From positions 4,721 to 68,720 of the IMG/VR virus record IMGVR_UViG_3300045938_000125: 64,000 bases of DNA; one strand, 5' to 3'. The notes beneath the pieces are model-generated. The model was not told where the DNA came from, did not search any database, and saw only the letters and a list, made by a program, of their open reading frames with translations. Of this stretch, positions 43,085 to 52,652 are shown piece after piece. Within the stretch, counting starts at the first letter, position 1; each line of letters begins with the position of its first letter. Made by a program: the position numbers and the translations under genes. The DNA is from a virus (Duplodnaviria; Caudoviricetes).

Positions 43085-43240
43085 ATGAAGGCTTACAGTT
43101 TCACCGTGAAGGTGCCGCCCGCCATCGAGCAACAGCTTAAAGCGGAGCAAGCTAAGCGCGTAATACGCGGCTTGAAAAGACCCACAATACCGGCGCTGGC
43201 CGCAGAACTTGTAGAGAAGGCGCTAAGCTTGCTCGAATAA
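43085..43240 (+). CDS. Small Cro-position DNA-binding protein (ribbon-helix-helix-like)
   Basis: SFTVKVPPAIEQQLK...ELVEKAL; divergent from repressor. Confidence 0.5.
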   Translation: MKAYSFTVKVPPAIEQQLKAEQAKRVIRGLKRPTIPALAAELVEKALSLLE

Positions 43241-43291
43241 TTTTTGCCCTGCTTGTTCTGATAAATTCTAAATTTATTTAATTGTAGAACA

Positions 43292-43600
43292 ATGCCCACT
43301 CTCGACCTCGTCACCCGCGAAGAGCTGGCTATCCGGGACCGCAAGATTGAGCGCCTGGAAAAGCTGCTCGAAGCCTACGTGAGCAGCCAGGAAGAATGGC
43401 TCGACACGGCCACCGCCCTGCGCACCACCGGCATCAAGGCCCGCTCTACCCTAGCCGACTACGTGCGGGCCGATGCGCCCGGCACCACGCAGGAAGGCCG
43501 CATTACCTACAAAAAGGAAGGTACCAAGTGCCTGTACCTGCGCTCGTCGTGCATCGACTACCGCCAGCGCAAAGAAGGCCAGCCCGCCCTAGCCGCCTAG
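43292..43600 (+). CDS. Excisionase-like HTH protein
   Basis: WLDTATALRTTGIK.RSTLADY...GRITY.K.G..LY.RS. Confidence 0.6.
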   Translation: MPTLDLVTREELAIRDRKIERLEKLLEAYVSSQEEWLDTATALRTTGIKARSTLADYVRADAPGTTQEGRITYKKEGTKCLYLRSSCIDYRQRKEGQPALAA

Positions 43601-43716
43601 CCCATGCCCCGCTTCCTCCGCTGCCCCGGCCCCTGGCTGCTGGCCTCCGCCGCCACGATGGCCGCCCTGCTTTTCCGCCTTCTCTAATCGCCTTACCCTC
43701 ATTCCCTTCTCGCACA

Positions 43717-44121
43717 ATGGAAGATACCCCCAACTACCGCGTGGTGCTTGTCGCCGAAGCCCCCTCCGCCTCGCTCACCGAGTCGCAATTCCGCACCCAG
43801 GCCCTGGCCCGCGTGTGGGCAGCCAGCACCAACTACCTGGCCGATACCAGCGTGGCCCACCGCCCCGCGCACAGCCGTCAGGGCGTTGAGGTGGCCGCCA
43901 TCACCAACTACACCGTGCAGGTGTGGGATTTGGCGCTCAGCAGCAAGGCTAAGCTCCTAGGCAAGTTTCTGCTCGTGGCCGAAGCCGAGACGCCCGAGGC
44001 CTGTCTGACTGAACTGCAAAGCAAGCTCGCAGAGCTGGAAGCCGAGGCCTACGACGCTGACCCGAGCCGCTTCACCAACGCGCAGATTGAATCCTTTCAG
44101 CAGCTAGAAGCCGCCGCCTAA
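43717..44121 (+). CDS. Hypothetical phage protein
   Basis: ATG after pyrimidine/CA-rich leader. Confidence 0.65.
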   Translation: MEDTPNYRVVLVAEAPSASLTESQFRTQALARVWAASTNYLADTSVAHRPAHSRQGVEVAAITNYTVQVWDLALSSKAKLLGKFLLVAEAETPEACLTELQSKLAELEAEAYDADPSRFTNAQIESFQQLEAAA

Positions 44122-44273
44122 TGAAAGCGCCCCGCTTCTCCTGCCGCTGCCGCCTGGGCGAACTGGCCGCCAAAGCCCGGCTGCTCGCCGAGGCCCGCGC
44201 CGCCGCCAAAGCCGATACCGCCTGCCTCGCTGGCATGGCCCTGCTGCTCACGCTGGCAGCCCACTGCCGCTAA
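44121..44273 (+). CDS. Small hypothetical protein (50 aa)
   Basis: TAATG coupling. Confidence 0.4.
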   Translation: MKAPRFSCRCRLGELAAKARLLAEARAAAKADTACLAGMALLLTLAAHCR

Positions 44274-44348
44274 ACAAAAAAGAGCCAGCCCCTCGCACGG
44301 GCCGGCTCCAATTCTTCAAAAACGCTAAACGCCTTCGGGCACAAATGT

Positions 44349-45575
44349 ATGCCACAAACCGCTGAACAATTGCAAGCTGCCCGCGTACTCGCCGCCGAGT
44401 ACGGCCTAACCGGGGCTGATTTCTATCAGCATAAGCAGTCGAAATCCTTCCTGATTTCGCGCACGGGTATTGAGAAAATTCAGTACAAAGCCGGCATCGA
44501 AGTGGGCTTCGACGCTGAAAAAATTGAGCTGGATTTCGCGGCCGTGAAGGCCACGGCCAGCCGCAAGGTGAAGGTAGGCGACGCCAAAACGGCTACCAAG
44601 CTCACGATTCAAACCTTTGGCTCGGCTTGCAAAGCCAACTGCCAGGTAAGCTACTACCTGGAAATGGCCGAAAAGCGGGCGCTTTCGCGGGCCGTGCTCA
44701 AGCTCACCGACTTCTACCAGCTGGGCGTGTACGGCGAGGATGAGATGCCGCCTGTTTCGTTCCGCGCCGAAGAGCCGGCTGCCCCGGCAGCTGCCGCGCC
44801 CGCCCCAACGGGAAACGCGCCAGCGGCGAGCACGCCGCCCGTGATGCGCGCCGAGAGCAATTCCGCCGCCCCGGTAGCCTCTACCACGTCCGCCCCAAGC
44901 ATTGCCGGCCCCGCTGAGATTCCGGCTGAGGTGCTGGCCAAATTCACGCGCCAGTTTGAGGCGGCCGCGTTGGGTATCGATGTGAAAAACCTGTGGGACA
45001 AGCTCACGGGCAACGAGAAAAAGGCCCTTTTCGATGCCAAGGAAGCCGCCAAGGCCCGCGTAGCGCAGGCCGCGCAGCAGGCCGCCGCCACCGCCGCCCG
45101 CACCAGTGGCCTGAAAGATGCGGGCGACAATACCACGCTCGTGGCTGAATTTATTGAGCAGCCCGCCTTGGCTAACGTGGCCTTTACCGTCGCCACCGAT
45201 GAGCAGCGCGAAGCTATTAACCGCCTACTCAACCATCCCCTCATTACCCGCAAAGAGAAAACCTACCTGCTTATCGGCATCAACAAGCTGGATACGGAGC
45301 GGGCGCGCCAAGCCATTATTAAGCTGCGCGGGGCTATTGAGGACCGCGAAAACGGCAACACGGCCGGCCAGCTGCGTGAGCACCTGCACCAGCAGCTCAA
45401 CCAGTACGGTGGGATACTTGGGGAAGAAATCGTAGCCGAGTACGCCCTGCTGGTAGAGGATGCCAACGCCAGCATCGACCGGCTGCGCGCCGCGCTTTCG
45501 GAGGTGCGCGACGTGCTCAGCGCCAATCAGGATACGGACGAAGAGCCGGAAGCCGAAACCGCTATTGCTGCCTAA
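44349..45575 (+). CDS. Putative single-strand annealing (Rad52/Sak-like) recombinase with extended C-terminus
   Basis: ISRTGIEKIQ, AVKATA, QTFGSA, EMAEKRALSRAVLK, VYGEDE; Ala/Pro linker. Confidence 0.55.
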   Translation: MPQTAEQLQAARVLAAEYGLTGADFYQHKQSKSFLISRTGIEKIQYKAGIEVGFDAEKIELDFAAVKATASRKVKVGDAKTATKLTIQTFGSACKANCQVSYYLEMAEKRALSRAVLKLTDFYQLGVYGEDEMPPVSFRAEEPAAPAAAAPAPTGNAPAASTPPVMRAESNSAAPVASTTSAPSIAGPAEIPAEVLAKFTRQFEAAALGIDVKNLWDKLTGNEKKALFDAKEAAKARVAQAAQQAAATAARTSGLKDAGDNTTLVAEFIEQPALANVAFTVATDEQREAINRLLNHPLITRKEKTYLLIGINKLDTERARQAIIKLRGAIEDRENGNTAGQLREHLHQQLNQYGGILGEEIVAEYALLVEDANASIDRLRAALSEVRDVLSANQDTDEEPEAETAIAA

Positions 45576-45633
45576 TTCCCCTCACCTGCCCCGCTGCCGG
45601 TGAGGTGGCGGGGCGCTTTGCTGCGCCCTACTT

Positions 45634-47253
45634 GTGAATGCTTCAGTTAATAAAATGCCCTTGGTAGCGCCTAACGGCTACAAGGCACTAGATACCCTCT
45701 GCGGGGCCGGCGGCATGACGCTGGCCCAATACCTGGCCGGCTTCAAAGTAGAGTCCGCCCTCAATCACTGGCAGCTGGCGCTCGACAGCCAGGCCGTGCA
45801 CTTCCCTCAAACGCGGCACTTCCGCGCCGACGTGCGCACCCAGCACGCGGAGGCGCTGGGCCTGGCCGACTACTTCCACATGTCGCCCGACTGCCGTGAC
45901 CATTCCCGCGCCAAGGGCGGCCGGCCGGTAGACCCTTCGGTGCGCGGCCTTGCCGAGGAAGCCCCGCGCTACTTGGTGGCATGTGATGCGAAAATCGCCA
46001 CGTTTGAAAACGTGCCCGAATTTGTTGAGTGGGGACCGCTGGTTGAACTGCTCGACGCCGATGGCAATGTGCAGTATGGTTTCGACAAGGAAACCGGCAC
46101 CATGCAGCCCTTGCTGGTAAAAGACAAGACCCGAAATGGGGAATACTACGACCGCTGGGTGGCTACCCTACGGGCAATGGGCTACGTGAATCACGAGTGG
46201 CGCGTGCTCAACTCCGCCGACTACGGCAGCCCGCAGGCCCGCCGCCGCTACTTCGGCATTTTCAGCCGGGCTGGCATCAAAATCACCTGGCCACCCAAAA
46301 CCCACGATGAGCACGGCCGCGGTGGCTTGCCGAAGTGGCGCGGGGCCATTGAGATTTTGGAGCCAGGTAATTACGGTGAGTCGGTTTTCACGCGCAAAAA
46401 GCCCTACGTTGACGCTACGCTCAATCGGCTCGCCGAGGGCGTGGAGCGCTATGGGGCCGATGCCGCGCCCTGGATGCTCAAGTACGTGAGCAACCCGCCC
46501 ACGGGCAAGCCGAACCCCGGCTACTCAGCCTTTCGACCCCTGCACACGCTCATGTGCCAGCGCACGCCCTTGGTAGTACGCCCCGTCCTGCTCTGTCCTT
46601 ATTATAAGAGTGGCCGAGCGACGCCGGCTGGCCGGTCGCTCCAGACGCTGCCCACCAAGGCCCGCTTTTTGGTGGCCTCGGGCAAGATGCCGGTGCCCGG
46701 CTTCACCTACGTAAATCAGTTCGTGAACCCCGGCCGGCCGGCGGCCAAAGGGCTAAGCACGCTGCTGGCCTCGAAGCGCCCGCACAACGTGTGCTTCTTT
46801 CACTACCTCGGCAGCCACGGCAACCAAGTGAGCAGCCTGCTGCGCCCCACACTCACGTTCACCAGCAACCCGCAGGCGCGGCTGCTGCAAGGCATCTACC
46901 AGGTGGGCAGGGCCGGGGAGAAAGTAGTGGATAAGCCCGGCGACTCGCCGGCCATGCTACGGCTAAAGGCTGCCTGCCGCAAGGTGGGCATGGTAGACCT
47001 GCTGGCCCGCATGCTCACCGTGCGCGAGTCGCTACGTGGGCAAGGCTTCCCCGATTGGTACACGCTGCTGGGCACTGAAACAGACCAGCGCAAAATGATA
47101 GGTAACGCGGTGGAGGTGAACACGGGGCTGGCCGTGGCCAGCGAGGTGCGCCGGATGCTTGACCGCTACCAGGTGAAGGCCCGCCCACTCGCCCCGCTCA
47201 AGCTGCGGCCGGTGCTGCGCTGGGAGCAAACGGAGCTATTCGCGCCAGCCTAA
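45634..47253 (+). CDS. dcm: C5-cytosine DNA methyltransferase
   Basis: Motif I LCGAGG, IV SPDC, VI ENVPEF, VIII PQARRR, IX RGQGFP, X IGNAV. Confidence 0.92.
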   Translation: MNASVNKMPLVAPNGYKALDTLCGAGGMTLAQYLAGFKVESALNHWQLALDSQAVHFPQTRHFRADVRTQHAEALGLADYFHMSPDCRDHSRAKGGRPVDPSVRGLAEEAPRYLVACDAKIATFENVPEFVEWGPLVELLDADGNVQYGFDKETGTMQPLLVKDKTRNGEYYDRWVATLRAMGYVNHEWRVLNSADYGSPQARRRYFGIFSRAGIKITWPPKTHDEHGRGGLPKWRGAIEILEPGNYGESVFTRKKPYVDATLNRLAEGVERYGADAAPWMLKYVSNPPTGKPNPGYSAFRPLHTLMCQRTPLVVRPVLLCPYYKSGRATPAGRSLQTLPTKARFLVASGKMPVPGFTYVNQFVNPGRPAAKGLSTLLASKRPHNVCFFHYLGSHGNQVSSLLRPTLTFTSNPQARLLQGIYQVGRAGEKVVDKPGDSPAMLRLKAACRKVGMVDLLARMLTVRESLRGQGFPDWYTLLGTETDQRKMIGNAVEVNTGLAVASEVRRMLDRYQVKARPLAPLKLRPVLRWEQTELFAPA

Positions 47254-47801
47254 TGGCGGGGGCCGCACCCAAGGCCGCCAGGGAGTGGAAACCCCTGGCG
47301 GCCGACACGGAGGCCCGCAAACGAAAAGCCGGGCTCTGTGCCCGCTACGGCTGCCTGAGCAAAGCCGGCAGCCACAAAAAGTATTGCTGTAAGCACCACC
47401 ACCAAGCCTTAAAACGCCGTGACCCTATCTCTTATATCTACAGCCACCGCAAGCAGCGCGCCAAAGCGCGGGGGCACGCGTGGGACCTCACGCTCGAAAA
47501 CTTCCGAGACTGGTGCGAGTGGACCGGCTACCACCGCAACACGGGCCGCACGGCCGAAAGCGCCAGCCTCGACCGCAAGCTCAACCAGTACGGCTACCAC
47601 GTCTGGAACCTCGCCTGCATCCCCCTTGGCGCTAACGCCGCCAAGTACACCCACGCCCCCGGCGGCGAGTGGAACATCGGAGACGATGCCAGCTACCACT
47701 ACGAGCCAGCCAGCGCCGCCGATGCTGCCTACTACGCCGCAGCCGAAGTCAGCAGCGCCGCAGCCTACTGCTTCGGTGCGGGCGAGCCAGTACCCTTCTG
47801 A
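47253..47801 (+). CDS. HNH-like endonuclease with Cys/His-rich N-terminus
   Basis: KQRAKARG..WDLTLE.F, SLDRK....GY...N...I...N; ends EPVPF. Confidence 0.55.
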   Translation: MAGAAPKAAREWKPLAADTEARKRKAGLCARYGCLSKAGSHKKYCCKHHHQALKRRDPISYIYSHRKQRAKARGHAWDLTLENFRDWCEWTGYHRNTGRTAESASLDRKLNQYGYHVWNLACIPLGANAAKYTHAPGGEWNIGDDASYHYEPASAADAAYYAAAEVSSAAAYCFGAGEPVPF

Positions 47802-48579
47802 GGTCGCGCCCTGGGATAAGGTGCAGCTACCCGCCCTAGGCCCCGACAGCTGGAAAGCCGGCGCCCGTGCCCTGCTGGCCCTGATGAGCCCCGAAGGCCA
47901 GCAGCGTGCCCTCGCCACCTGGGCCACCATCAGCGAGAAGGCCGGCGGCCCGTTCACGCCCACCCTGCTTACCCTGGCCAGTGAGCCCGCCCCGGCCGTG
48001 GGCCTGCTCGATGACTTCACGGTGCTCGACCTGGAATTTCAGCCCAAGCCCAGCGCCCTGCTGGAGCTGGCCGCCATTCGCTACGTGAACTGGCAGCCCG
48101 TGGGCAAGGTGGTGAGCTTCGTGCAGTGCCGCCAGGAGCTCAACCCGCACGTGGCCAAGCTCACCGGCATTACCCGCGCCGACGTGTTCAACGCCCCCAC
48201 CGAAAAGGCCGTGCTGCAAGCCTTTTTCAAGCTGGCCGAAGGCAGCGTGCTGGTGTGCCACAACATCGGGGCCGACCGCAACCAGCTCGAAGCCGCCCGC
48301 GCCCGCTGCGGTGCCACCACCCCACTGCCTAACCAGTGGCTCTGCACGCTGGCGCTGGCCAAGACGCGCCGCAGCAAGGGCGCGGCCTGCGGACTGGGCG
48401 AGTTGTGCCTCGACTTCGGCATCAACGCGCTGGGTGCCCACCGCGCCCTGCGTGATGTGGAAATGTGCTTTCAGGTGCTGCGCAAGTTTCACGAGCAGCA
48501 ACCTATTACTGAACTCATTACCAGCACGGCCAAGCCCAAAAAAGTAGGGCAGGTTGAGCTATTCGCAGCAGCTGCATGA
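47686..48579 (+). CDS. DnaQ-like 3'-5' exonuclease (DEDDh); start uncertain
   Basis: VLDLEF, LVCHNIG.D, CTL.LA, AHRALRDV motifs. Confidence 0.88.
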   Translation: MPATTTSQPAPPMLPTTPQPKSAAPQPTASVRASQYPSEVAPWDKVQLPALGPDSWKAGARALLALMSPEGQQRALATWATISEKAGGPFTPTLLTLASEPAPAVGLLDDFTVLDLEFQPKPSALLELAAIRYVNWQPVGKVVSFVQCRQELNPHVAKLTGITRADVFNAPTEKAVLQAFFKLAEGSVLVCHNIGADRNQLEAARARCGATTPLPNQWLCTLALAKTRRSKGAACGLGELCLDFGINALGAHRALRDVEMCFQVLRKFHEQQPITELITSTAKPKKVGQVELFAAAA

Positions 48580-49628
48580 GCCCCGCCGCCTACCCCGAAT
48601 CTGCCCCCGTGCTCCGAGCTGAGCGCGGGGGACTGGCCCCCACCGCCGCCCCTGTCAAAATGCACCCCTCCGAAATCGCCCTCACCTTATCTGCTGATGT
48701 ACTGCGCCTGCCTTACACGCCGGCCACGCGGTTGGTGCTGGCCGAAATCGTGAGCCTGTACGCGGCCAACGCGGGCTGCTGCGATGCGTCGGATGCCCAC
48801 TTTGCCGCCCGCCTTACCATCAATAAGGACACGGCCAACGTGGCGGTAAAGCTGCTCGAAAAAGAGGGCCTCGTGACCAAAGTGGTGACGCGCCTGCCCA
48901 CTGGCTTCTACCGCACGCTTACCCCGAACCCGGCGGCCATCGCGGCCAAAGCGGCCAGCAATCCCTACCCGGAAAACACCGCTAGCCCTACCCGGAATTT
49001 CCGGGTAGCCCAGCCGGAAATTCCGGCTACCCCTAGCCGGAAAAACCCGCTACCCCTAGCCGGAAATTCCGTGAGTAATACTCCATCTAATATTCCAGTA
49101 AGTTTCCATACTCTCAACAACGACGCGGCTGACGCCGCCGCGCTGGGCTCAGAAAAAAAAATAGGGCTGGTTGAAAGTCCAGAGGATTATGCCCACATCG
49201 ATGCCATTGTGCAAAGCTGGCCTAGCGCCCTGCCAGCCGAAGTAGAGGTTAGTGCCCCCCGTTGCGCGGCCCCCCCGGCCAAACTGCAACTGATGCGCCT
49301 CTCGGCAGTGGCCACCTTCCCCGCCTTCGCGGAGGCCTGGGATGCTGCCACCGCTGCTAACCCCGACACCTACGCCGATTACGCCAGCGCCGACCTGCTG
49401 CACTACCACACGGCACTGCTGGATTGGAGCAATGCCAACGGCAAAAAGAAAATCGACTGGCTGGCCACGATTCGCAGCTCGATGCGCAACGACCACGCCA
49501 AGGGCCAGCTGCGCAAGCTCTGCCCTACGGGCGTAGCCGCCAGCAGCCCGGTGCTCAAGCGCCTGGCCACTGCCGAGGCTGCCTTTGCCCTGAACGAGTA
49601 CGACGAAGCCGGAAACCGAATCAACTAA
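48576..49628 (+). CDS. Replication initiator (lambda O-like, N-terminal HTH)
   Basis: CC.ASDAHFAARLTI.KDTA..AVK.LE..GLV; internal iterons. Confidence 0.75.
   Translation: MSPAAYPESAPVLRAERGGLAPTAAPVKMHPSEIALTLSADVLRLPYTPATRLVLAEIVSLYAANAGCCDASDAHFAARLTINKDTANVAVKLLEKEGLVTKVVTRLPTGFYRTLTPNPAAIAAKAASNPYPENTASPTRNFRVAQPEIPATPSRKNPLPLAGNSVSNTPSNIPVSFHTLNNDAADAAALGSEKKIGLVESPEDYAHIDAIVQSWPSALPAEVEVSAPRCAAPPAKLQLMRLSAVATFPAFAEAWDAATAANPDTYADYASADLLHYHTALLDWSNANGKKKIDWLATIRSSMRNDHAKGQLRKLCPTGVAASSPVLKRLATAEAAFALNEYDEAGNRIN
48963..49115. repeat. Iteron array + AT-rich tract (putative origin of prophage B)
   Basis: Five CCCT(A)(C/G)CCGGAA-type units with 22-23-bp period (CCGG at 48969, 48992, 49014, 49037, 49060), then an AT-rich run. 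Confidence 0.75.
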
Positions 49629-49634
49629 TTCACC

Positions 49635-50591
49635 ATGTTGCAATTAGCCCCCACTACCGCCTTTCTACCCGCGCTCGTGCCTGCCGGCTTGGTTTGCCTG
49701 CCAGCCGCAGCAGCCAGCCCCGAAGGCCTGCTCGCCTACAATCCCACCACTACGCCGCCCTGGCTCGTGCCTGTCATTCAGGCTCAGGCCACTACGAAGG
49801 TGCGCGACCTCTCTGACCGTGACCTCGACGGGCTGCTCATCGGCCAGATTCAGCAGGCCGCCCGCCGCATGAACCACCGCAACGCCGTGCAGGATGGCCT
49901 CGAAACCAACCTGATGGCCCGCGATGTGGCCACGTTGCTGCGTCAGCGCTGGGGCTACCTGACCAAAGGCGAGATTGAGCAGGTGTTTTACCTAGGCAGC
50001 ATGGGCGAGCTGCTGCCCCCGCCCGGCCCCGATGGCCAGCCCACAGAAGAGGTGGTGTACCTGGCATCCAAAAGTTTCGGCACCTGGCTGCGCCGTTACA
50101 AGTACGACGTGAAAACCAAGGCAATGGCCCACGTTCAGCGCCTAGCTTACCAGTCCAGCGAGCTGCCCCGCCACCACCCGGTACACGCGGCCTGGCGCAT
50201 CGCCCGCGTGGTGGCGCTGGCTGCCTTGTCGCCCGAGACGCTGCGCACACTTAGTCCCCGCGATGGCGACTTCAAAAACCTGCTTTTCCTGTGGCTGAAA
50301 GAAATCGGCGCGCTGGGCTTCCGGGCTAAGCCCCTTGGCTTTTGGGAGCGCCTCGAAGCGCTCGATAAGCAGCGCCTGCGCCGCGCTGGCCAGTATCCGA
50401 AAGAAGAGCAATGGCTGGCAATGGCCACCGGCCAGCGCGAAACCTATGCCGACCGCCTTTTGGCTGCCAAGCGCTGGCGCACGCTCTGTCTGTGGCTTAC
50501 TGGCCACCGCCGACGCGGCACCGACCTGGCCGCCCTGCTCACGCCCCTGGCTACTGCCCACTATACCCCGCCGACCGATGAAAACCGCTAA
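49635..50591 (+). CDS. Hypothetical protein (helicase-loader position)
   Basis: Follows the initiator; WGYLT.GEI..VF.LG..GE pattern. Confidence 0.6.
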   Translation: MLQLAPTTAFLPALVPAGLVCLPAAAASPEGLLAYNPTTTPPWLVPVIQAQATTKVRDLSDRDLDGLLIGQIQQAARRMNHRNAVQDGLETNLMARDVATLLRQRWGYLTKGEIEQVFYLGSMGELLPPPGPDGQPTEEVVYLASKSFGTWLRRYKYDVKTKAMAHVQRLAYQSSELPRHHPVHAAWRIARVVALAALSPETLRTLSPRDGDFKNLLFLWLKEIGALGFRAKPLGFWERLEALDKQRLRRAGQYPKEEQWLAMATGQRETYADRLLAAKRWRTLCLWLTGHRRRGTDLAALLTPLATAHYTPPTDENR

Positions 50592-50910
50592 AGACTTTCT
50601 AGCCGCCGCCCACGCCAACAGCATGCCGCCCCAGTGGTGCGCCGCCCGCCTGGCCGAAATCCGCGCCCACGTCAATAGCCTGGATTCTGGCCACGTCCCG
50701 CAGCCTTACCACGCCTGGCTGGTGGAGCTGCTGAGCCAGCTGGATGCCAACGCCATCCAGGCCACGCGGGCCGTGCAGGCGGTCATCGACCACTACGAGC
50801 CGCCCGCCCAGGTCAATGTATTCCCGCCGGCCTGCCCCCGCTGCACCCAGCGCCGTGACCAATGTGTTTGCCCGCCCCTATTCCCCGAGCCTGATTCCAC
50901 GCCTTTTTAA
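50578..50910 (+). CDS. Hypothetical protein with C-terminal Zn-finger-like motif
   Basis: CPRC...DQCVC; ends EPDSTPF. Confidence 0.6.
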   Translation: MKTAKDFLAAAHANSMPPQWCAARLAEIRAHVNSLDSGHVPQPYHAWLVELLSQLDANAIQATRAVQAVIDHYEPPAQVNVFPPACPRCTQRRDQCVCPPLFPEPDSTPF

Positions 50911-50930
50911 CTCCAACCTTTTATAAGCCA

Positions 50931-51302
50931 ATGTTCACGCCACTCGACCCCAAAAACCCAACGCTCAGCGAATTAGAGCACATGGCAGGCCGCACACCAC
51001 TAAAAACACAGCCACAATACCCAGCATGGGCAGAGCAGTCGCCAGAGCAGCCAAAGCCTTTGCCAGCTGTACTGCCGAGCAAAGAGGCCCTGGCCGCCCT
51101 GTTTTGGGCCAAGTATCGCCACAGGCTCACTAGGCAGGATGAGCCCTTAGAGGCGGAGGACATCCGGGATACGATGCCTTTTGGTGAGGATGGTGAGCTA
51201 CACGTCCAAGTCCACATGCGCGGCTTCACCGATTGGTACTCGCTCAAGTTCGACGCCACCGGCCAGCCCGACCCCGCCACGATTGAGCAATTGCCTTTTT
51301 AG
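50931..51302 (+). CDS. Hypothetical protein
   Basis: Ends ATIEQLPF. Confidence 0.6.
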   Translation: MFTPLDPKNPTLSELEHMAGRTPLKTQPQYPAWAEQSPEQPKPLPAVLPSKEALAALFWAKYRHRLTRQDEPLEAEDIRDTMPFGEDGELHVQVHMRGFTDWYSLKFDATGQPDPATIEQLPF

Positions 51303-51593
51303 ATGGCCCTACGCACCGCCTCGCGTGTAGATGGCAACCAAGCCGAGATAGTCAGGACGCTGCGCGCCGTGGGTGCCAGCGTCCTGCACACGCACCAATT
51401 AAAGAACTGCTTTGATATCCTCGTCGGTTACCGGGGCCGCACTTTCCTGATGGAGATAAAAGACCCAGCCCAGCCACCCAGCGGCCGCAAGCTCACGCCC
51501 GGCGAAGCTGAGTTTAAAGCCAACTGGCGCGGCTCGCCCTACCACATCGTGCACACGCCCGACGAAGCTATCCGCATTATCACCTCTACCTGA
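51303..51593 (+). CDS. PD-(D/E)xK nuclease (VRR-NUC / resolvase-like)
   Basis: RVDGNQAEIV..LR, FDILVGY.G...LMEIKD, LTPGE..F. Confidence 0.8.
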   Translation: MALRTASRVDGNQAEIVRTLRAVGASVLHTHQLKNCFDILVGYRGRTFLMEIKDPAQPPSGRKLTPGEAEFKANWRGSPYHIVHTPDEAIRIITST

Positions 51594-51622
51594 TTTCTGC
51601 AACCCGCCACCTTTCCCTACCA

Positions 51623-51802
51623 GTGAACAACAGCTACCGCACCACCCAAATCCTCTATTTGCAACAACACTACGCCGACCACCCCGCCACCCACTTTGCC
51701 GAGCTGTGGAACACCACGCCCGCCAAGGTGCGCGCCCTGGCTCGCCGCCACGAGGTGCGCAAGCGCGCCCCTAACGGTGCCCCGGTATGGCGGGCGGCTT
51801 AG
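51623..51802 (+). CDS. Small HTH-like protein (59 aa), missed by the ORF track
   Basis: ILYLQQHYADHPATHFAELWNTTPAKVRALARRHEVRK; its stop lies in the first B-type motif. Confidence 0.55.
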   Translation: MNNSYRTTQILYLQQHYADHPATHFAELWNTTPAKVRALARRHEVRKRAPNGAPVWRAA

Positions 51803-51833
51803 CAAGAAAGCCGCCCGCGGGGCTTCTGCTTGT
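51799..51833 (+). promoter_or_regulatory. Prophage B late motif copy 1
   Basis: TTAGCAAGAAA-N10-GGGCTTCTGCTTGT-ATG. Confidence 0.75.
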
Positions 51834-52652
51834 ATGGCCAAGGAAAAGGATACAGCTAAGGCAGCACTCGATAAACTGACGCCACAGCGCCGCAAATTCG
51901 TGCTGGCCTACTGCGACACGCTCAATGGTGCCAAAGCTGCCCTAGCGGCCGGTTACAGCGAGATTTCGGCCCGTCAGCAAGCTCACCGCCTGCTTACAAA
52001 TGATGACATCAAAGCAGCGGTAAAATCGGTGCTCGGCTTCGCGGGCATGAACGTGGAAGAGATAGCCGCCCGTTGGGACCGCTTAGCCCGTGCCGACCTC
52101 GCCGACTTCTACACCAAAGTGGAGTACGAGGAAAAGACCAAGGTGCCCCGCCCCCTGATTGAGCGCATCGCTGAGTTAGAGTACGAGCGAGACTTTGAAG
52201 AGCGCGTCGCCAAGCGCCAGACGTTGGATGAGGACGAAGCCGAGCGCCACTACTACCGCCAGCTGCGCCGCCGCAATGATATTATTCGCTGCCAGGTGGA
52301 GCTAGAAATGAACCCGGCCGCTACGTACCTCGCCGATGGCCCGCCCATCAAGAAATATCGGATGGACCTAGACCTCGTGAAAGCTGCCGACCTGGGCTTG
52401 CTCGACTTGGTGAAGGGTATTGCCGAGGGCCGCAACGGAGTAGGGCTTACCCTGCGCGACGTAGACGCCGCGCTCGACAACCTGGCCAAGTGGCGCGGTA
52501 TGCTCACTACCAAAATCGACCTTACCAGCGGCGGCGAGCCTATCGCCCAGGCCCCCATTCTGGGCGTGCTCACCCTGGAGCAAAAGAAAGAGCTACTCGC
52601 CGCCAAGCGCAAGGCAGCAGCACTGGCGCAGGAGGGCGCGGCAGATGCTTAG
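51834..52652 (+). CDS. terS: Terminase small subunit
   Basis: LTPQRRKFV..Y....NGAKAALAAGYS..SA.QQA.RLL; KIDLTSGGEPI. Confidence 0.92.
   Translation: MAKEKDTAKAALDKLTPQRRKFVLAYCDTLNGAKAALAAGYSEISARQQAHRLLTNDDIKAAVKSVLGFAGMNVEEIAARWDRLARADLADFYTKVEYEEKTKVPRPLIERIAELEYERDFEERVAKRQTLDEDEAERHYYRQLRRRNDIIRCQVELEMNPAATYLADGPPIKKYRMDLDLVKAADLGLLDLVKGIAEGRNGVGLTLRDVDAALDNLAKWRGMLTTKIDLTSGGEPIAQAPILGVLTLEQKKELLAAKRKAAALAQEGAADA

Noticed and set aside
47419-47685. N-terminal extension of the exonuclease in the ORF track
   Set aside because: Lies wholly within the HNH-like gene and reads as off-frame sequence
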